Assembly (NCBI GenBank): GCA_963693365.1
Contig: CAVNZM010000009.1
Coordinates: 4,475,146-4,539,145, forward strand
Length of the DNA stretch: 64,000 nt
DNA from: Amoebidium appalachense
Taxonomy: Eukaryota > Protista > Ichthyosporea
Reading direction: 5' to 3'
The stretch's first letter is position 1, and the number at the start of each line of letters is the position of its first letter. Below are positions 27,567 through 52,686 of the stretch, piece by piece. The notes beneath the pieces were generated by a model that did not search any database, had not been told where the DNA came from, and was given only the letters and a program-made list of their open reading frames with translations. Position numbers and translations under genes: made by a program.

Positions 27567-29320
27567 AGTGTGTGGTGTGACTGAAACACATGCGGTTGAG
27601 ATTCCCTGCCCGACAGTGAACCAACGAATGACATATACATATTGATGTAATGATTACCACATGTGGATGGCCTAGCTGAGGCCTGATCCCAGAGCTAAGA
27701 GTACATGTACGGCCGTCACCAGTGATCATGAGCGGGTCTCAGCTGAGTCAGACACGGAGGTGCACACGATCTTATCATCGTAACATTAACGTTTTACCGG
27801 GGCCCCATGGCTGCAGATTGAGTTGGCCTTTCAAATTCTGTGAATGTTTCAGTCAGAAACACTCCATTTTAGTTTCTACGAATCAAAAAGAAAGCCGGAT
27901 TATACTTCTCCATGTACAGTACACAAGCTTGCACAACATAACCCTCGGCTTGTGTCAGTTTGAAAGTGAATCAACAGTTCATTGGTCACTAAAACACACT
28001 CATGTTTCGATTGGTGCAAGGTCACGGCATTATAATGGCGTTGTTTTGATTTGCTAAACGCGCACCCTCAACAGGTCACGTGATCTGAGTCGCACGTCTC
28101 TCGCCTTGAAATTCGAGCCAACAAACAAAACAGCGACGTGATCACACCATATATCGGTGGAAGAAAGCCTATGCTGTAACAACAAACAACCCGAAGTTAA
28201 TTATTACTTTCAAATCATTACAAACACGGCAATAGAAGATATATACATATATTACTTTGCTGTGTGTTTAATTTTTTTTTTGCCCTTTTTGCAGGGCTCC
28301 GGGTGAGCGCGCGGATCACGTTGAGCAAAAGCAGGGCGTGCCCGACTGCGCCCGTCCTGTGACCTTTCTCTCGCAATCTTTTGCCTCTGTTAGTGAGCCT
28401 CATAATCAATTAGCGTAATGATTGGAGCCGTAAGCGGCTTGGAGCCGAACAAAGCAACCACCACATGTTTCGTGACTTTGAGAAACTGAAACTTCCACAC
28501 AGACTCACAGCTAATTAGTGATGTTTTTTCGTTTTCTTCTTGTACATACACACTCGTCGAGCTCGAGATAATCTCTTTGTTTTTCCCTTCGGAAGGAGTT
28601 TTTTGGAGGAGTTCTAGGCACAGAATAAATAGCTAACTGGCCAAATGAGAAAGGAATATGAATTAAGGGGAATTTAGATAGCATTCATTCAAAGGGCTTT
28701 CAGGGTGTAGGCTTGGATGTGCACTGGAAAAGCATTCATTCAAAGGGCTTTCAGGGTGTAGGCTTGGATGTGCACTGGAAAAGAGAGTCAAAGGAGCTTT
28801 CTGTGCAGCAGACAAAAAGATTCAAAACCTACAACTGTGCAGGCCAGACCTAATAGGTGTGCAGCTCATACCAATATTACCATCCCGGTAACACATTTCG
28901 TGGTTATAACAGACAGAAACACGTTTCCAAGACTTCCAAATTCGAGTTCCTCTAAGTAATATCCTTGGGGATCGACCGATTCGAAAAGAAAAATGCTCGA
29001 AGGAAACAGCACACACGCAGCTCCCCAAGAGGGTGAGGGAAACGACATCCTTTCTCGTTCATTGAGTTCAGGTTCTGCAGCTCTCGTTTCGTCTGCCGAG
29101 AAGTCCCCCGTTGCTTCCCTCCGACAAAGCCCACACAGGAAAGAAAGACCCCGTTCACTTGTTGTGGAGCTCGCAGGGGAGAAAACAGGCGAGAAGGGTG
29201 TGTATAGGTCTGGAAGGATCTTGCTGCGTGCGGCTTCAACAAACAACAGCATGGGGCAGGTAAGTTTTTTTGGGTGTGTGGACAGCTCAGTTGCTTCATG
29301 TTGCACGGTGATGCACATAC

Positions 29321-29416
29321 CATGCACTGCAAAAACCATGCAGAAACATCCAGAAAACAATGTTCCAGAAATATTCTCGTTTTCCTCTAGTAAGTTGACA
29401 GCGCGGATGAAGTATC
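29321..29416 (-). CDS. Putative 96-nt internal exon of an unidentified gene (YFIRAVNLLEENENISG...)
   Basis: ttgcag acceptor, GTATGT donor, open frame. No family recognised. Confidence 0.3.
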
Positions 29417-29726
29417 CTGCAACGTAAAAAAATAATATATGTTCGTAGTTACCAGGAAAGTCGCATTTGAAACGTCACTATACGACTACAAACGTTGACT
29501 GTGCTTAAAAGCTCCATGATGCTGGCAGGGAAAATGAAGTAAACAACCTAAAAAAAAAGGACTGACACGCGCACATGCTATTGGATATTAAACCGGCACA
29601 CACAAATAGATTACTGCTAGAACACTCCACACACACAAACACAGCCACACACTGCTTGGCACACACACGCACACACACATACTAAGTACACACACACAAG
29701 CACAGACACGCACGCACGCGCGCACA

Positions 29727-29864
<138 letters not shown>

Positions 29865-29995
29865 ACATACAGGCGGTCAGGCAGACAGACAGGTGCGCGC
29901 CCGTGCACGCGCGTGTGCATGTGTACACATGCCCGTGTGCATGGATACAGGCACGCACACTCACACGCACGCACGCACACGCACGCACACGCACG

Positions 29996-30062
<67 letters not shown>

Positions 30063-30211
30063 TGACAGGCACACACACGCACACACACACACATAATATA
30101 CGGCCATCCTGCCACACACACACGTGCTCACACAAAATCATACACGGCCATATTGCCACACACAAACACACACGCACATGCACACGCACAGGACACGCAC
30201 ACACACACACA

Positions 30212-30252
<41 letters not shown>

Positions 30253-30400
30253 ACACACACAAAAACCCTCCGCGGAGCTGCGTGTAACCCCTCCCCCTCC
30301 CCCCCCCCCCCCCCCCCCACACACAGTAACACAGTTTCAAGACACAAACATATATGATCACTCACATGTCACCATGAACAGCCACCACTCCTACTCCCCT

Positions 30401-30447
<47 letters not shown>

Positions 30448-30609
30448 AAAAAAGAAAAAAGCCCTGCATTGACCTCATGCTCAGAATCAACATGATCTGC
30501 AAGACAACATCTCGCAGGCGGCGTTTTCCAATCCGTTAAATTCTTCTTTTTTTTTTTTTACAATGACCCATTCATCCAAGAGCAAACACAATGTTCACTT
30601 GCTGACTTT

Positions 30610-30692
<83 letters not shown>

Positions 30693-31623
30693 ACCCCTCC
30701 CGGCCCCCTCCCACCCCGCTACCCCTTAGCCTTCACCACAGAGAGACCTCACCACGACGACGGAGGCGCACGCATCAGTCTTCACCGATTCGTTTTCTGA
30801 TTGGTCCGAAAACGACAGCGACGGGTTCATCTCACACCCCGGGTCCCCCCACAGCCCTGTAGACAAAGCACATAGGCACAGGCGTGCACCTAAACGCGAA
30901 AAAAGTTTCCAAGATAAGATTAGGAATGGAACGCTCTCCCCTCGGCCCGGGTCTGTGTCTAGCGCTAAGATTGTGGCTGGGGCGCAGATGCAGGAACGTG
31001 ATCCGATAAGTGATGCCAGTGCAACAATGATTGGCGCTTGAAAATTGTGAAAATTGTAGTTTGTTTAGGATGGTGTTTTGTGTTTTTGCGTTATTGTGAT
31101 ATGTAGAGGTGTGTGCAAGACGTTGGGTGGGTGGGTGGGTGGCAAATGCCTGTTATCATACTAGGTAGGTATAGTTGTTTTTTAAAGAAAAAACAAGATT
31201 ATCTACTTGTTCGCAGGTGTGATTGTATCCGCACAAATCAACGTTTATGTCTTTAGATACGTAATCAGAACTAGAAGAAGAAGCTCAGTACTACCAGAGC
31301 ACCCCGCTCCTCGACTTGTGTGCACATTGTATTCGATTGCAAGGTTACACACCAATGTAGCAAACACAGCCACGTTTGATGTGAACATAATAATGTGAAA
31401 CTTTCAAATGATCCTGAAACAGATGGCAGGTTATAAGGCTTGGCAAGCGTTGAAGGGAAACGAATTGGTTGTCACTTGAAACGGGGTAGGCCGGGTTGGG
31501 TTTGGTGGTGTGTACATGCACTTTGGACGAGGGTGAGGTGGGGTGGGGTGGGTGGGTGGGTAGGTGGTGGACCACTGGTGGTTGTCACAGTGGTGGTGGT
31601 GGTGGTGGTGGTGGTGGTGGTGT

Positions 31624-31654
<31 letters not shown>

Positions 31655-33397
31655 GGGGGGGGGGATGGAGGGAGGGGGGGACAAGCAACGAGATACAGTA
31701 TGGGGTGCATATCGTTTGACAAGAAAATGCAGCAAACTTCTCACTGAAGTGAAATCTGTGAATGGTTGCTGCATTATCTCAAGACCGTCTGTTGCGTGTT
31801 AACCCTATAGCCAAGTCGGGGTTGGGTGCACGCACATGGTGGCGTCATAATTGCATCACTGGAATGAACCACATACCGTCATGTATAGGTACTATGTTGT
31901 TTGTGTATCTGCTTCGTACTACATAGTACTAGCGAAATTCAATCATGTCGAAGGTACTAAAACAGGCGCAGTGTGCATGCGCGTGAAGAACGATGTCAGC
32001 TCTGCAGGTGTAAGTGGTGTGCGGCAAATTATACACGTGCACTAGATCATGCATGTGTGTGCACGTGCCGACCTGTGTATGTCGCGCAGCCAATTGTACT
32101 GAATATGTGCGCCTGTGTGGGAATGGATAAGTATGCCCATGTGCAGAGGATAAGGCGAATGTGCGTGTGTGTATGTGCACGTCTGCTGTAGTGGGTGTGT
32201 GTGTGTGCGCGCCCGCGTGTGTTGCGTGACATGTGGATGTGCGCCTGTGTGGGTGTGTAATTAGGTGTACGTGTGTACGTGTTGGTGGACCGGGTGGTGG
32301 TGTGGATGCGTGCGTGGTGTCGTGGTGGTGGTGGTGGAGGGGGGGGGGGGGGGGGGGGGGAGGGGGAGGAGGGGGGGGGAGGGGAAAGGGGGGTGGGGTG
32401 GGGGGAGGGAGGGGGGGGGCAGAGGGGCAAAGTAGTTGGTGGTGCTGTACGTATATGGTCATGTCCGAGTTTGCTACCACTTGCTAGCAAATTTGTGTTC
32501 TCCTCCACATTACCGCCGATAAAAACCCCGCCACGGTTAGATGGGTGTGTATCACGGTCATGTGTCATGTGCACACGTGGGTTATATTAAGTTGCATATG
32601 TGAATAGGTTGTGCATGGAATGTGCATTAGTGAGGAAACAACTTTGGTGGGGGGAGATAGAGAGGTGTGGTAGGAAGATCTGTGCGAGCATGGAATGATG
32701 GTGTCGAGTATAAGGACCGAGATGGGAAGAGGGGAGGGGAGGGGGGTGGAGGGAGGGGGGAGGGGGCGGATAGGGGTACACGGTACGAAGTACAAGTACA
32801 CGATGAGACACAAGGTGCAGGACACAGGCAAAGGCAAACAATCAAGTATGCAACATCAGCAACACGCCCAGTATCCAAAATAAGCAGAGCCCATTCTCAG
32901 AGGGGGCCCCAACGGAGGGAGAAGGGGTAGGGAGGGAGGGAGGGAAGGGTGGGCGGGTGGGCGGGCGGGGGAGAGGGGGCAACAAAGACACAGTTACGGT
33001 ATATAAGGAGTTTTTAATTATCGGCATATGGTCGACTGCAATATATGCAATTCATACGTGTTAGCTGTAAGGTCCCCGGGCATTATAGCATGCCGGGCAA
33101 CCACAGGTGCTAAAATCTCTTCTCTCGTTGTTATCCCCCTTAACCCGTGTATCCTTGTGGTATGATTCTACTTTCACCCATCAAGGAATACACCGGGAAG
33201 GGAACATTTTCCGCACATACAGTAAGAAAAATACAAAACGATAGATAAAATACGAATGTACCAGCGAGGGAATCCATCACATCTCAATACAAGCACAATT
33301 CCTAGCTCGCCATCACAAGGGACATTTGAGCCCACGGGGAAAGGGGTCCATATTAAACTTTCAGCGAAAAATTCAAATTTCATACAAAATTTCCATT

Positions 33398-35465
<2,068 letters not shown>

Positions 35466-35859
35466 CTAAAAGGGCGGAAGGGGGAGAAAGCTGGTATGAT
35501 CAACGAAGGGGCAGGCGGAAAAGGCGGGGGGGGGGGGGGGGGGGGGGGGGAGGGGGGGTCGGAGGCCGAGGGAATGAGTAGATAAAAAGGCAGACACATC
35601 AATGTACGAGTACCAAGCGAGGACCGAAGAGGAATGTAAGTCTATGGGAGGGGCCCCTTGAGAGGGTTGGCATCGAGGGAAGGCAGCTCGGGCTCAAGGG
35701 GGAAGAACAGGCCGTTGCCCAGAAACGAAACCCTGTCTGGACCGAAAAGAAGAGGAGGACTCCACAAACACAACAACCAAGAGAACAGTAAGGCTTAAAA
35801 AACACGAAACACACTTCAATGCACAGCGAGGCAGGGGGAGTTTACCGTGTATAAAGGCG

Positions 35860-36780
35860 ACTGCCTAACGCGTACTAAGTGTCAAAAGAGTAGCTTTCGT
35901 GCAGAAGGAAGGTGGGCTGTTTTCTGAGTGCATGCGCGGCAAGCAGGCGGGTTTTGTACATGCATCATCCCGCCAATGTGCAGTGCAAATTCCGTATGTG
36001 ACTCTAAGCCAATGAGTGAGTGTCAAACGGTTGTGCGGTTTTTTGCACCAAACGCGTCGCAAGGAACACACATACTATTATCAAGCAACCAGCAATAAAA
36101 TATGCACGAGGAGGTAACAGTTTTTCCAAAGATTTTAATTTTTATAGTAAAAAAAAACTCTTTTTTTTTCCTCTCATAGGCCTACATCACGCACTCCTTG
36201 TTAGCAAGAGCCTGCAGAAAGTGATGGCCAGCCAATCACATCCGACCGCGCAAAGGGAGCCAACGGGTCCCTGATTGAAAAGAGGGACAGGAGGAAAAAA
36301 AACTAAGATTTGGGGGAGTTTCTTCATAAATACACATTTTATTTCTTTTATATATTGAATAAACACAAAATATTAGGTAGTTTGAAAGACAAATACTATT
36401 TATTTGACTTTTGCGTCGTGGGGAAACTCGTTTTGGCTTTGGCGCGAACGTGTCTGATAGGCCATTTTGACCGCCAATATACAAATAAGCCAATCATCTA
36501 GCTCGCAGAAAAAGGAACCAATGGGTGACTGTGGTTCCAGAAAAAGGCGCAATTTTAGAACCAATCAATCTCTTTGTTTTCTTTTTTCCCTCAGCCCCCG
36601 CGACAACCGCCTGATCATGAAGCACACCCTCACAAAACAAAAACAGCAAAACGCAAGTGAACAAAACAAAATAAAGAAACAGAGAAAACGAAAGTACGTG
36701 CCGCACTTGAAGTTTTAAGGCTTTTCAAAACTTAGCTGTCGCTCATTTTTTCGCGGCACTCCTCCCGCGAAAATCCAATT
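35860..36780 (-). promoter_or_regulatory. PCNA upstream regulatory region
   Basis: Eight CCAAT motifs; E2F-type TTTGGCGCG at 36438-36446; inverted TTTTCGCGG/CCGCGAAAA pair at 36748-36773; ACGCGT at 35868 and 36052. Confidence 0.6.
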
Positions 36781-37337
36781 GGAGTACCCGTGCGGGGGGT
36801 TTAGAAACATACACCCTGATTTCTGAAGGAGATTAGTCGCTCTCTCGTACTTAACGGCTGCTAGCATGGGCCCATACCTACGCCACGGCTTAGGGCGCAA
36901 GATCGTTGTGCTAAGTTGCTCACCTTCGGTACACCTTCCAAGGTGGGCGGGTGGACGTGGCCGGTGCCGGTGGGTGGGTTCATATATCACGATAGGAAGG
37001 TGGGGGAGTACGGGGTAGGGTTGGGGGGGGGGGGGGGGGGGGGGGATAGGGGAAGGGAGGGCCTTTAGGCGGATAACACCAAGTTAGCCTCGGAGCCGCC
37101 TATTCCACACACACACAAACACACACACAAACATCTATCGGTCCCCATGCGTTTGCTTTGCTTTGGGAAGATCGTTTGCAAGAGCAAAAACCCTTCGTGC
37201 CGTAAACGTGCCGAGTTGGGTACATTGGAAAGCGGCCAAACGTTCTTCTTTATTTATGGTATCCCTCCCCGTTACAGGCATACAAGGTTACAGAGCAACT
37301 TGTTTACTTGAGGCTTTAGCATTGAAGTACACACATG

Positions 37338-37379
<42 letters not shown>

Positions 37380-37821
37380 GGGAGAAAATACTATATAAAC
37401 TAGTTACAGTACCTAAGGAGTTTTCAATGAGAAAATGCAAACAAGAAATAGTCTTCATTGTACCTTCGAGAACTTTTCAGGTGTCTCCTCCATACACAAT
37501 ATGCTCTACCTGCATCATAAACACCACATTTATATCAAGGGCAACCATTTATACAAAGATTGTGACTGTGAGCGTGTCGGCTTTTGTGTGTGCATGTGTG
37601 ACACGCGCGTGTGTTTGAGCGAGGGAGGGAGGGAGGGAGGAAGGGAAGGAGGGAGGGAGGGAGGGAGGGAGGGAGAAGGGAGGGTAGGTGAGAGGGAGAG
37701 GGAGAGGAAGAGGGGAGAAGAAAGGGAGAGAGAGCGGGAAAGGGAGAGAGAAGGATAGACAGGAGAGGGGGGGAGGGGGGAGGATGGAGGCAGGGAAAGA
37801 CGGGGGGGAGGGGGGGGGGAA

Positions 37822-37856
<35 letters not shown>

Positions 37857-37909
37857 AAGGAGGGAGGGAGGGAGAAAGGGTGTGTGTGTCCGAGAGGGAG
37901 AGAGGGGAG

Positions 37910-37942
<33 letters not shown>

Positions 37943-38097
37943 GGGAAGAGAAAGGAAAGAGAGAGAAGGAGGGTGAGAGAGAAGTGTGTGTCTCTGTGTG
38001 TGTCTAAAGCAAAACCACTTTCATGCATCAGTAAATAATTGAAGGGAAAAGAGGGTGCAGGTTGGTGCAGGAATATCGCCCGGTTCATCCTATTTGC

Positions 38098-44940
<6,843 letters not shown>

Positions 44941-45058
44941 CTGCAAATTATTCACTCCGTCAAAATCCAACTCTCCCCCCCCCCCCCCCCCCACATCCAC
45001 CCACCCACCCCACCACCACCACCACCACCTCTCATGATCATGATGATCATCCCCCCCC

Positions 45059-45092
<34 letters not shown>

Positions 45093-45294
45093 CCCCTCCT
45101 CCTCCCATTGTCCCCTATTAAAAAGATGCACGAACACAAAATATCTCCGAGCATTATGGAGGACGGTTACGGCAAGGGCATCAATTAGGTAAATTCCCGA
45201 CGTGGTGCAGGCATGCAAATACCGGATGAATGCATGTACGTGTGTGTATATATGTGCGGATGTCCCTGTGTGTGTGTGTGTGTGTGTGTGTGGG

Positions 45295-45401
<107 letters not shown>

Positions 45402-45410
45402 CACGCCCGC

Positions 45411-47009
45411 TGACATATACTAATCCGTCTCAGCAGATCAGCCTAAGTCTACGATCGAGATCGGGGGGGGGGGGGGGGGGGGGGGGGTGGCCCGGGTCCA
45501 CCGATCATCAAGATCAAGTCCGGGGCCTCAAGATAGCTGTACAGCTGCGTGCATCTTGCCTCTGCCGGCGCAGGGCAGGACCACGTCAGCTGGAGCAGCC
45601 GACCAATAGAATTCTAATTAGTGTGTAGGATAGATCGTAGGAGGACTTAGGAATGTGATATGTTCGGGCAGAAGCCCTTTTGTAAATATTGGCAAGTTTT
45701 GATAGTGTATGTTGCCAAACGTATTTATATATTTCGATGTAGGGGAAAGGGGGGAGGGAAGGGGGGGGAGGATAGTATGAAATGTAGATTTAGACTCTGC
45801 GGTGCCACTAGGGGGAGGGTGAGGGGTGAGACATGGATAAATATATTAGTTTGAGTAGATCGACTTAGCTCGTGCAGGCGCACGATAAAAGTAGATCGGA
45901 ATGTTTGGAATGTGGCATCGTAGGGGGGCCAGGTGATGACAATGATCTTTGAGGGCACGGCCTTGATGGCTTCAGTTGTGACTTAGCCTCATTGCGTACG
46001 GATCTAAGTTTTGCCCGTCGGAGCCTGGTCTGAATAAACTTTACCGTTTTCAGTTACACGTTCGTTCCTTTCAGTGTATGTACACTTAGTAGAGTGCCGT
46101 GTCTCTAATACATACACAATAGGATACGACAAGCTACACCTTTCTTTTAGTGCGGTTTTTCGCGCTAGGGTAACGCGGTGACAGTTCCCTCTGGGCTGTT
46201 GCTACACCTCAAAAACACAACACAAAAAAAAAACAAAAAAAAAACAAAAAAAAAAAACAACCACACGAGTTCGGGCACACACCACACAATGGCTAAGTTC
46301 AACGTAGATATGTTCTACGCATTGGCAGCGGAGGATAGCTCCCTGCACACACAGGTACCACAGGTTCATACACTAGACGTTAGACAGACCACAGCTTTCA
46401 GTTTCACACTCAAACACGACTCAGAAATACCTAGGTGGCTTAGGACACTCATAGCAAACACACCCACACTAGTGTTAGACACTAAGAAGGCCCCTACTGT
46501 GGCGGCCTCGTGCCTAATGATTAAGCAGTGCATCGACCACAAGACCATGGCCGACTTATGCACCCTTATGGAGGAGCACCCGTACCGGGCCGAGCAGGCC
46601 CCCCAGGTGACGGCTCGTATATACGAGCAGCAGTACGACGAGGGGAGTGTCCCGGACGCTCGGCCAAAAAAACTAACTTTTCCCTATCACTCACGTCACC
46701 AGCTAACTCACAAAGGTCTTCAAAGACCCGATATTCCCTTTCAAAGAATGCACGAGCTTCTACGGGGGACATATCTAGAGTGGGGAAGGTATACTTCCAT
46801 TCTCGTAGCTGGGCCCTGAAGGTACGGCGCCGTTCGGCCGTCAGGTATCGGTCGACGAGCCGGGCCGTATACTCGAGCTCGTTCTCGGGCCGTGTGAAGG
46901 CCTCGAGCTCACCGTCCACGTCGTCGGTGCTGTTCTCGTCCTCGTCGTCGGGGATGAATCGCGCGGCCAGACGTTGCTCGTAAGGCTCTCTCTGTCAACA
47001 CAGACACTG
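45411..47009 (+). mobile_element. Retroelement copy 2, 3'-truncated, with gag pseudogenised by a ~300-bp internal inversion
   Basis: Matches 42042-43650; 46670-46973 is the reverse complement of ~43297-43600; forward match resumes at 'ttgctcgtaaggctctc' and ends at ~47009. Confidence 0.85.
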
Positions 47010-48240
47010 TACGCACCAGAAGCCGTATCTCCTTTGCGAAAGACCCCATGGGGTTGCTTTGGTCACTCAACTGCGTGAACGACGTCTCTGTGCGCGCACC
47101 GATATAACGGCTGTTGTGATAAGCCGAACTTTTCAAACAGAGGCGTCAACTCTGCCTCATTATAACTGTTGATATGCCCCTCCACCATATGATGCACAAA
47201 GGTGGTGCACCGGCCTAGGTTGATATTTCCCTTAAACATACTTGTATTTATAAGTGATAAGCTATGTTCGATATAAAGGCTTTTAAAATGCACTGAGCAT
47301 AAGGTTAAAGAAGAACACAGCCGCTGTTTCGGCCCGGTTGAGGTCATTATGGTGTCAAGCGAATGATCATGAGTAGGTTTTTTTCAACGCACGGACCCAG
47401 GCTGAGCCAACGTTGGTTTTCACGGAGAAGGCCGCAGCAGCTGCAGCTGCCAGCTTTTGTACAAGCTGCAGCTGGCCGCCCAAATAGATGATTGTGCCGA
47501 AACACCAATCATATTTCAGAATATATAAAAGCCTTGTATAGCTACTGATTTAAGACGAATCATACTACGGGGCTATTATATTGGACACATAATAGCCAAA
47601 TACGGATCGTTATTTGCTGTTGTCAGCGAATAGAATGAATCTTATCTCAAGTTATCTCAGCCGCTTAGCCTCGGGAACAACAACAGATCGAGATACATTT
47701 GTACAACACGTAAGGCAATACGACTGTATACTACAGTACTGTGTTTCGACAATTCGAGTCATCCATTTTCGACCACCCACCATGAATGATCTAATAATTA
47801 TAAAGCCACGTTTCAATGTGCAACAGTAAGCTGTGTTGAAACCCCTGGTCTCTGAACTACATTCCCTTGTGTGAGCCCAATGCTCCTAGGCGCACTTAGA
47901 TTCATGCACTAAAGCTGCAGGTTGCATCTTGCCCAAAGCTGAGCAATGGACCAGTCTACATGTTCAGGTTGCACAGTTACTTGTTCCCGTCTACTGCTCT
48001 CTTTTTCTAGGCTGATTGAAACGACATGCTACAAGTTGAGACCACGTCCTGTCTGCAATGGCCTATCGCATTGCCATGGATGCCCTGAGAGTCCGGTCAA
48101 CCTGCTTGTTATGTCCTGTGAACACAAACACGCACACATGCATGTGCACACGCCACACACGCACACGCACACGCACAAACACACACACACACACACACAC
48201 ATACATACGCACACACACACACACATATACACACACACAA

Positions 48241-49410
<1,170 letters not shown>

Positions 49411-50244
49411 TTGCTGTCCATCACATTCGCCATCTTAGCTTGGAACACAAAACCGCTTCCCCTTTTCCAACACACACATACACACATTGATACATCCACG
49501 TACATACAAACAGACACATACACACGTGCTGCCCACGCGCACACACGCAGAATGTTCAATGGTTGACCCAGAGAGTGTGTCTGTGTATGTGGGTGTGTTT
49601 GTGGGGTGTTTGTGTGTGTGTGTGTGGGGGGGGGGGGGGTGGGGGGGCTGGGGGAGGGAGGGGCAGGGGGAGGGCAGGTGGGAACACTATGGAGAGATAG
49701 AGGATGGGGGGGGGGTCATATGAGAGACGGTGAAATTTGGGGGGAACTGGAGGAAGGGATAGGAGAGGAGCGTAACACAGTGCGATGCTTCTTTTCTGTT
49801 CTTTCTTTTTTTTTTTTGTTGGAGGATTCCAAAGGGAGGGGAGGGGGGAGAAGGAGGGGAGTGTACAGGAATTGCGGGGAGGGGGGAAGGGGGGCAGATT
49901 GTCGGGGTGATACATTTTTGTTTTTTAAGGACCTTTTTTTTTTTGGTGGGGGGGGGGGGGGGGGAGGGGGGGGGGTAGGCACAGCTGGCAACCAGGATGT
50001 GACAGGGAGAAGGCAATGCAGGCGGGGAGAGGGGGGGGGGGGGGGGGGAAGGGGGGGCGGGCGGGCTTGGGGTTGGCAAAGGGTGGTAGGTAAGAAATGG
50101 TATGGGCACGTGGGGAGAGGGGGAGTCAACGTGATGGTTGTAAGGTGGGGAGGAGGGGCATGGAGGAAGAGGGGCAAGTGGGAGGGGTTTGAAACCTTTA
50201 ATCTAATTGTTGCACCCACGTGTATACATAAGAATTTGCACTCG

Positions 50245-50305
<61 letters not shown>

Positions 50306-50362
50306 ACACACACATGCACACACACACACACACACACAAACACACACGCAAACACCGTGACA

Positions 50363-50504
<142 letters not shown>

Positions 50505-50752
50505 GTGACACCACACACACACACACACACACACCTGGAGACAGGCTCTGGGCCAGCACAGGCATATATCGAAATGTACGCACACACAACCACACACGCG
50601 CGCGTACGCGCATGCACACCTGTGTACAAATACAACAGCCAAAAGCGTTTTTACTAATTCACTCAACATAATATAACTCAATTCTTCTCTGACACAAATA
50701 CCATCATGCTTTCAAGGGTGTGTGCATGTCAGCACTTACAGCTTCACCATCC

Positions 50753-50827
<75 letters not shown>

Positions 50828-51639
50828 GGGGGGCTGTTCCTGGGGAATGGCCTCTGCAACACTTTGCATAATCTTTGTGTGTGCTTTACGATAGCGAAAA
50901 TTGCATTTGTTGTCCATCGTGATTGTGCACTTTGCACTCTGTAACACCAAAAATAGGCAACATGTACACAGCTGTGTTGGGGGAGGGGGGGGAGAGGGAG
51001 GGGGGGGGGGGGGGGAGGATTCGACTATCTCAGGTGGTAAAGAGGAGGCGAGGATGGGGGGAGGGGGGGGGAGTGTCATCTTCCCATGATTAACGGCAAG
51101 ACTTAGAAGTTGAGTTTTATATATGTTTATTAGTTTGTTGTAGTTTGTTTCCTTTTCCCTTTTCCTTTCTTCCTTTCTTTCTTTCCTTTCTGTTTCCGTG
51201 TGCACAAATATTTTAGATCTGTGTACACATCGAGCTAATTAGCCTGCGCACACGTATTGTTGTTTGCGTCAATGTCTAAATATGTTGTCCAATCAGATCT
51301 CGTTATATTTTCCCAAATATAGTAACCCACATTCCTCATTAATTCTATTCGATTCCTTTCCCATTCCATTCCTTTCTATCCTCATTCCTTTTCCTTCTTT
51401 TCCCACGACGTAGCATTGTTCTATGTTCCCCAACTATTAGGAATACTTATATTTAGACGTGTTATGTTAAGAACATGTATAAATATATGATGTGAACTAA
51501 TAGATACATAAGTGGTTTCATTTTGTTAAATGTTTCCGTACTTTTATTAGAAGATTTCTTTCATTAGAGGATTGCGTTTTATCTTCTATGTGTCGACAGG
51601 CATTTCGATCGATTTATTTTACCCTCATAGTTTTCGTCT

Positions 51640-51710
51640 TTCTGATTGGAAAATAGAGTTTTCGTTCTTTTGATTGGCTTATCGATTTCACATTCCCGAG
51701 TATAAAAGGA
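51640..51710 (+). promoter_or_regulatory. Promoter-like module: two reversed CCAAT boxes and TATAAAAG
   Basis: GATTGG at ~51644 and ~51672; TATAAAAG at 51701. Confidence 0.4.
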
Positions 51711-52009
51711 ATGTCATCTTGAAATAAATATCAAGCAGTCGAATTCATTTCCTATGGTTCCAGAAATCGTTCCACTTCTCCGGTTGTGTTTCTCCCGTGT
51801 GTGTCTGTGTTGTGTATATCATAACACCCATCTGTGCTCTCTGCTTCTCCGTTTACCCACACAAAACAACAGGGAGGGGGGGGGGGAGGGAGGGAAGGAT
51901 CATGAAAATCTGCATTTCGTGTCGATATCGGGCGGCAAGGAATTGCGATTACAACCATACAGTATTTGTACTCGAAGCGCTGATTGAAAATAGGCCTAAT
52001 GAGAGGTGT

Positions 52010-52635
52010 TTCTGATTTGTAGATAGATCTGGTTAATCATGGGGATTTGTGATCTTAAAATCGAGCCAATGGGGGGGGGGGGGGGGGGGGGGGTTCTAGT
52101 TGATAGGTAAAAGTCTGACCTAATTGGGGGTTTCGAATTTGTAGCTGTAGGCTGATGAGGGGATTTCTGGTTGTAGATAGACCTAATCTACAAGGCGGTT
52201 TAATTTGTAGCTGTAGGCTGATGAGGGGATTTCTGGTTGTAGATAGACCTAATCTACAAGGCGGTTTTCTGTTTTGTAGATAGACCCGGTAACAGGCGGA
52301 TTTTCTGATTTGTTGATCTAGATAGACCTAATGGGGAGTTTTCTGATTTGTGGATAACCCTAATGAGGGGTTTTGATTAGTAGGTAGACGTAATATGCAT
52401 ATGGCGGGGTAGACGTAATATGTGGGTGGGTGGGGGGGGGGGGGGGGGGGGGGATAGGCCTCATTTTTTTTTTTTTTGGGGGGGGGGGGGGGTAGGGGGG
52501 GATGATCTAATTAGGTATAGATATTCATCTGAGAAAGACTCTTCGCTAATTGGCCCAGGTGCATTTCTAATTTGTAGATAGACCGAACGAGGGGCCTCTT
52601 TGTACATAGATAGATCCTATGAGGGCCCCGGGGAA

Positions 52636-52686
<51 letters not shown>

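Noticed and set aside
28681-28781. ~50-bp direct duplication (similar short ones at ~6335-6430 and 24220-24280)
   Set aside because: Ordinary local slippage duplications with no further structure.
51752-51958. Upstream macro-gene exon (VVIAIPCRPIST resembling TLAFPSIST)
   Set aside because: Weak resemblance and no suitable splice sites.
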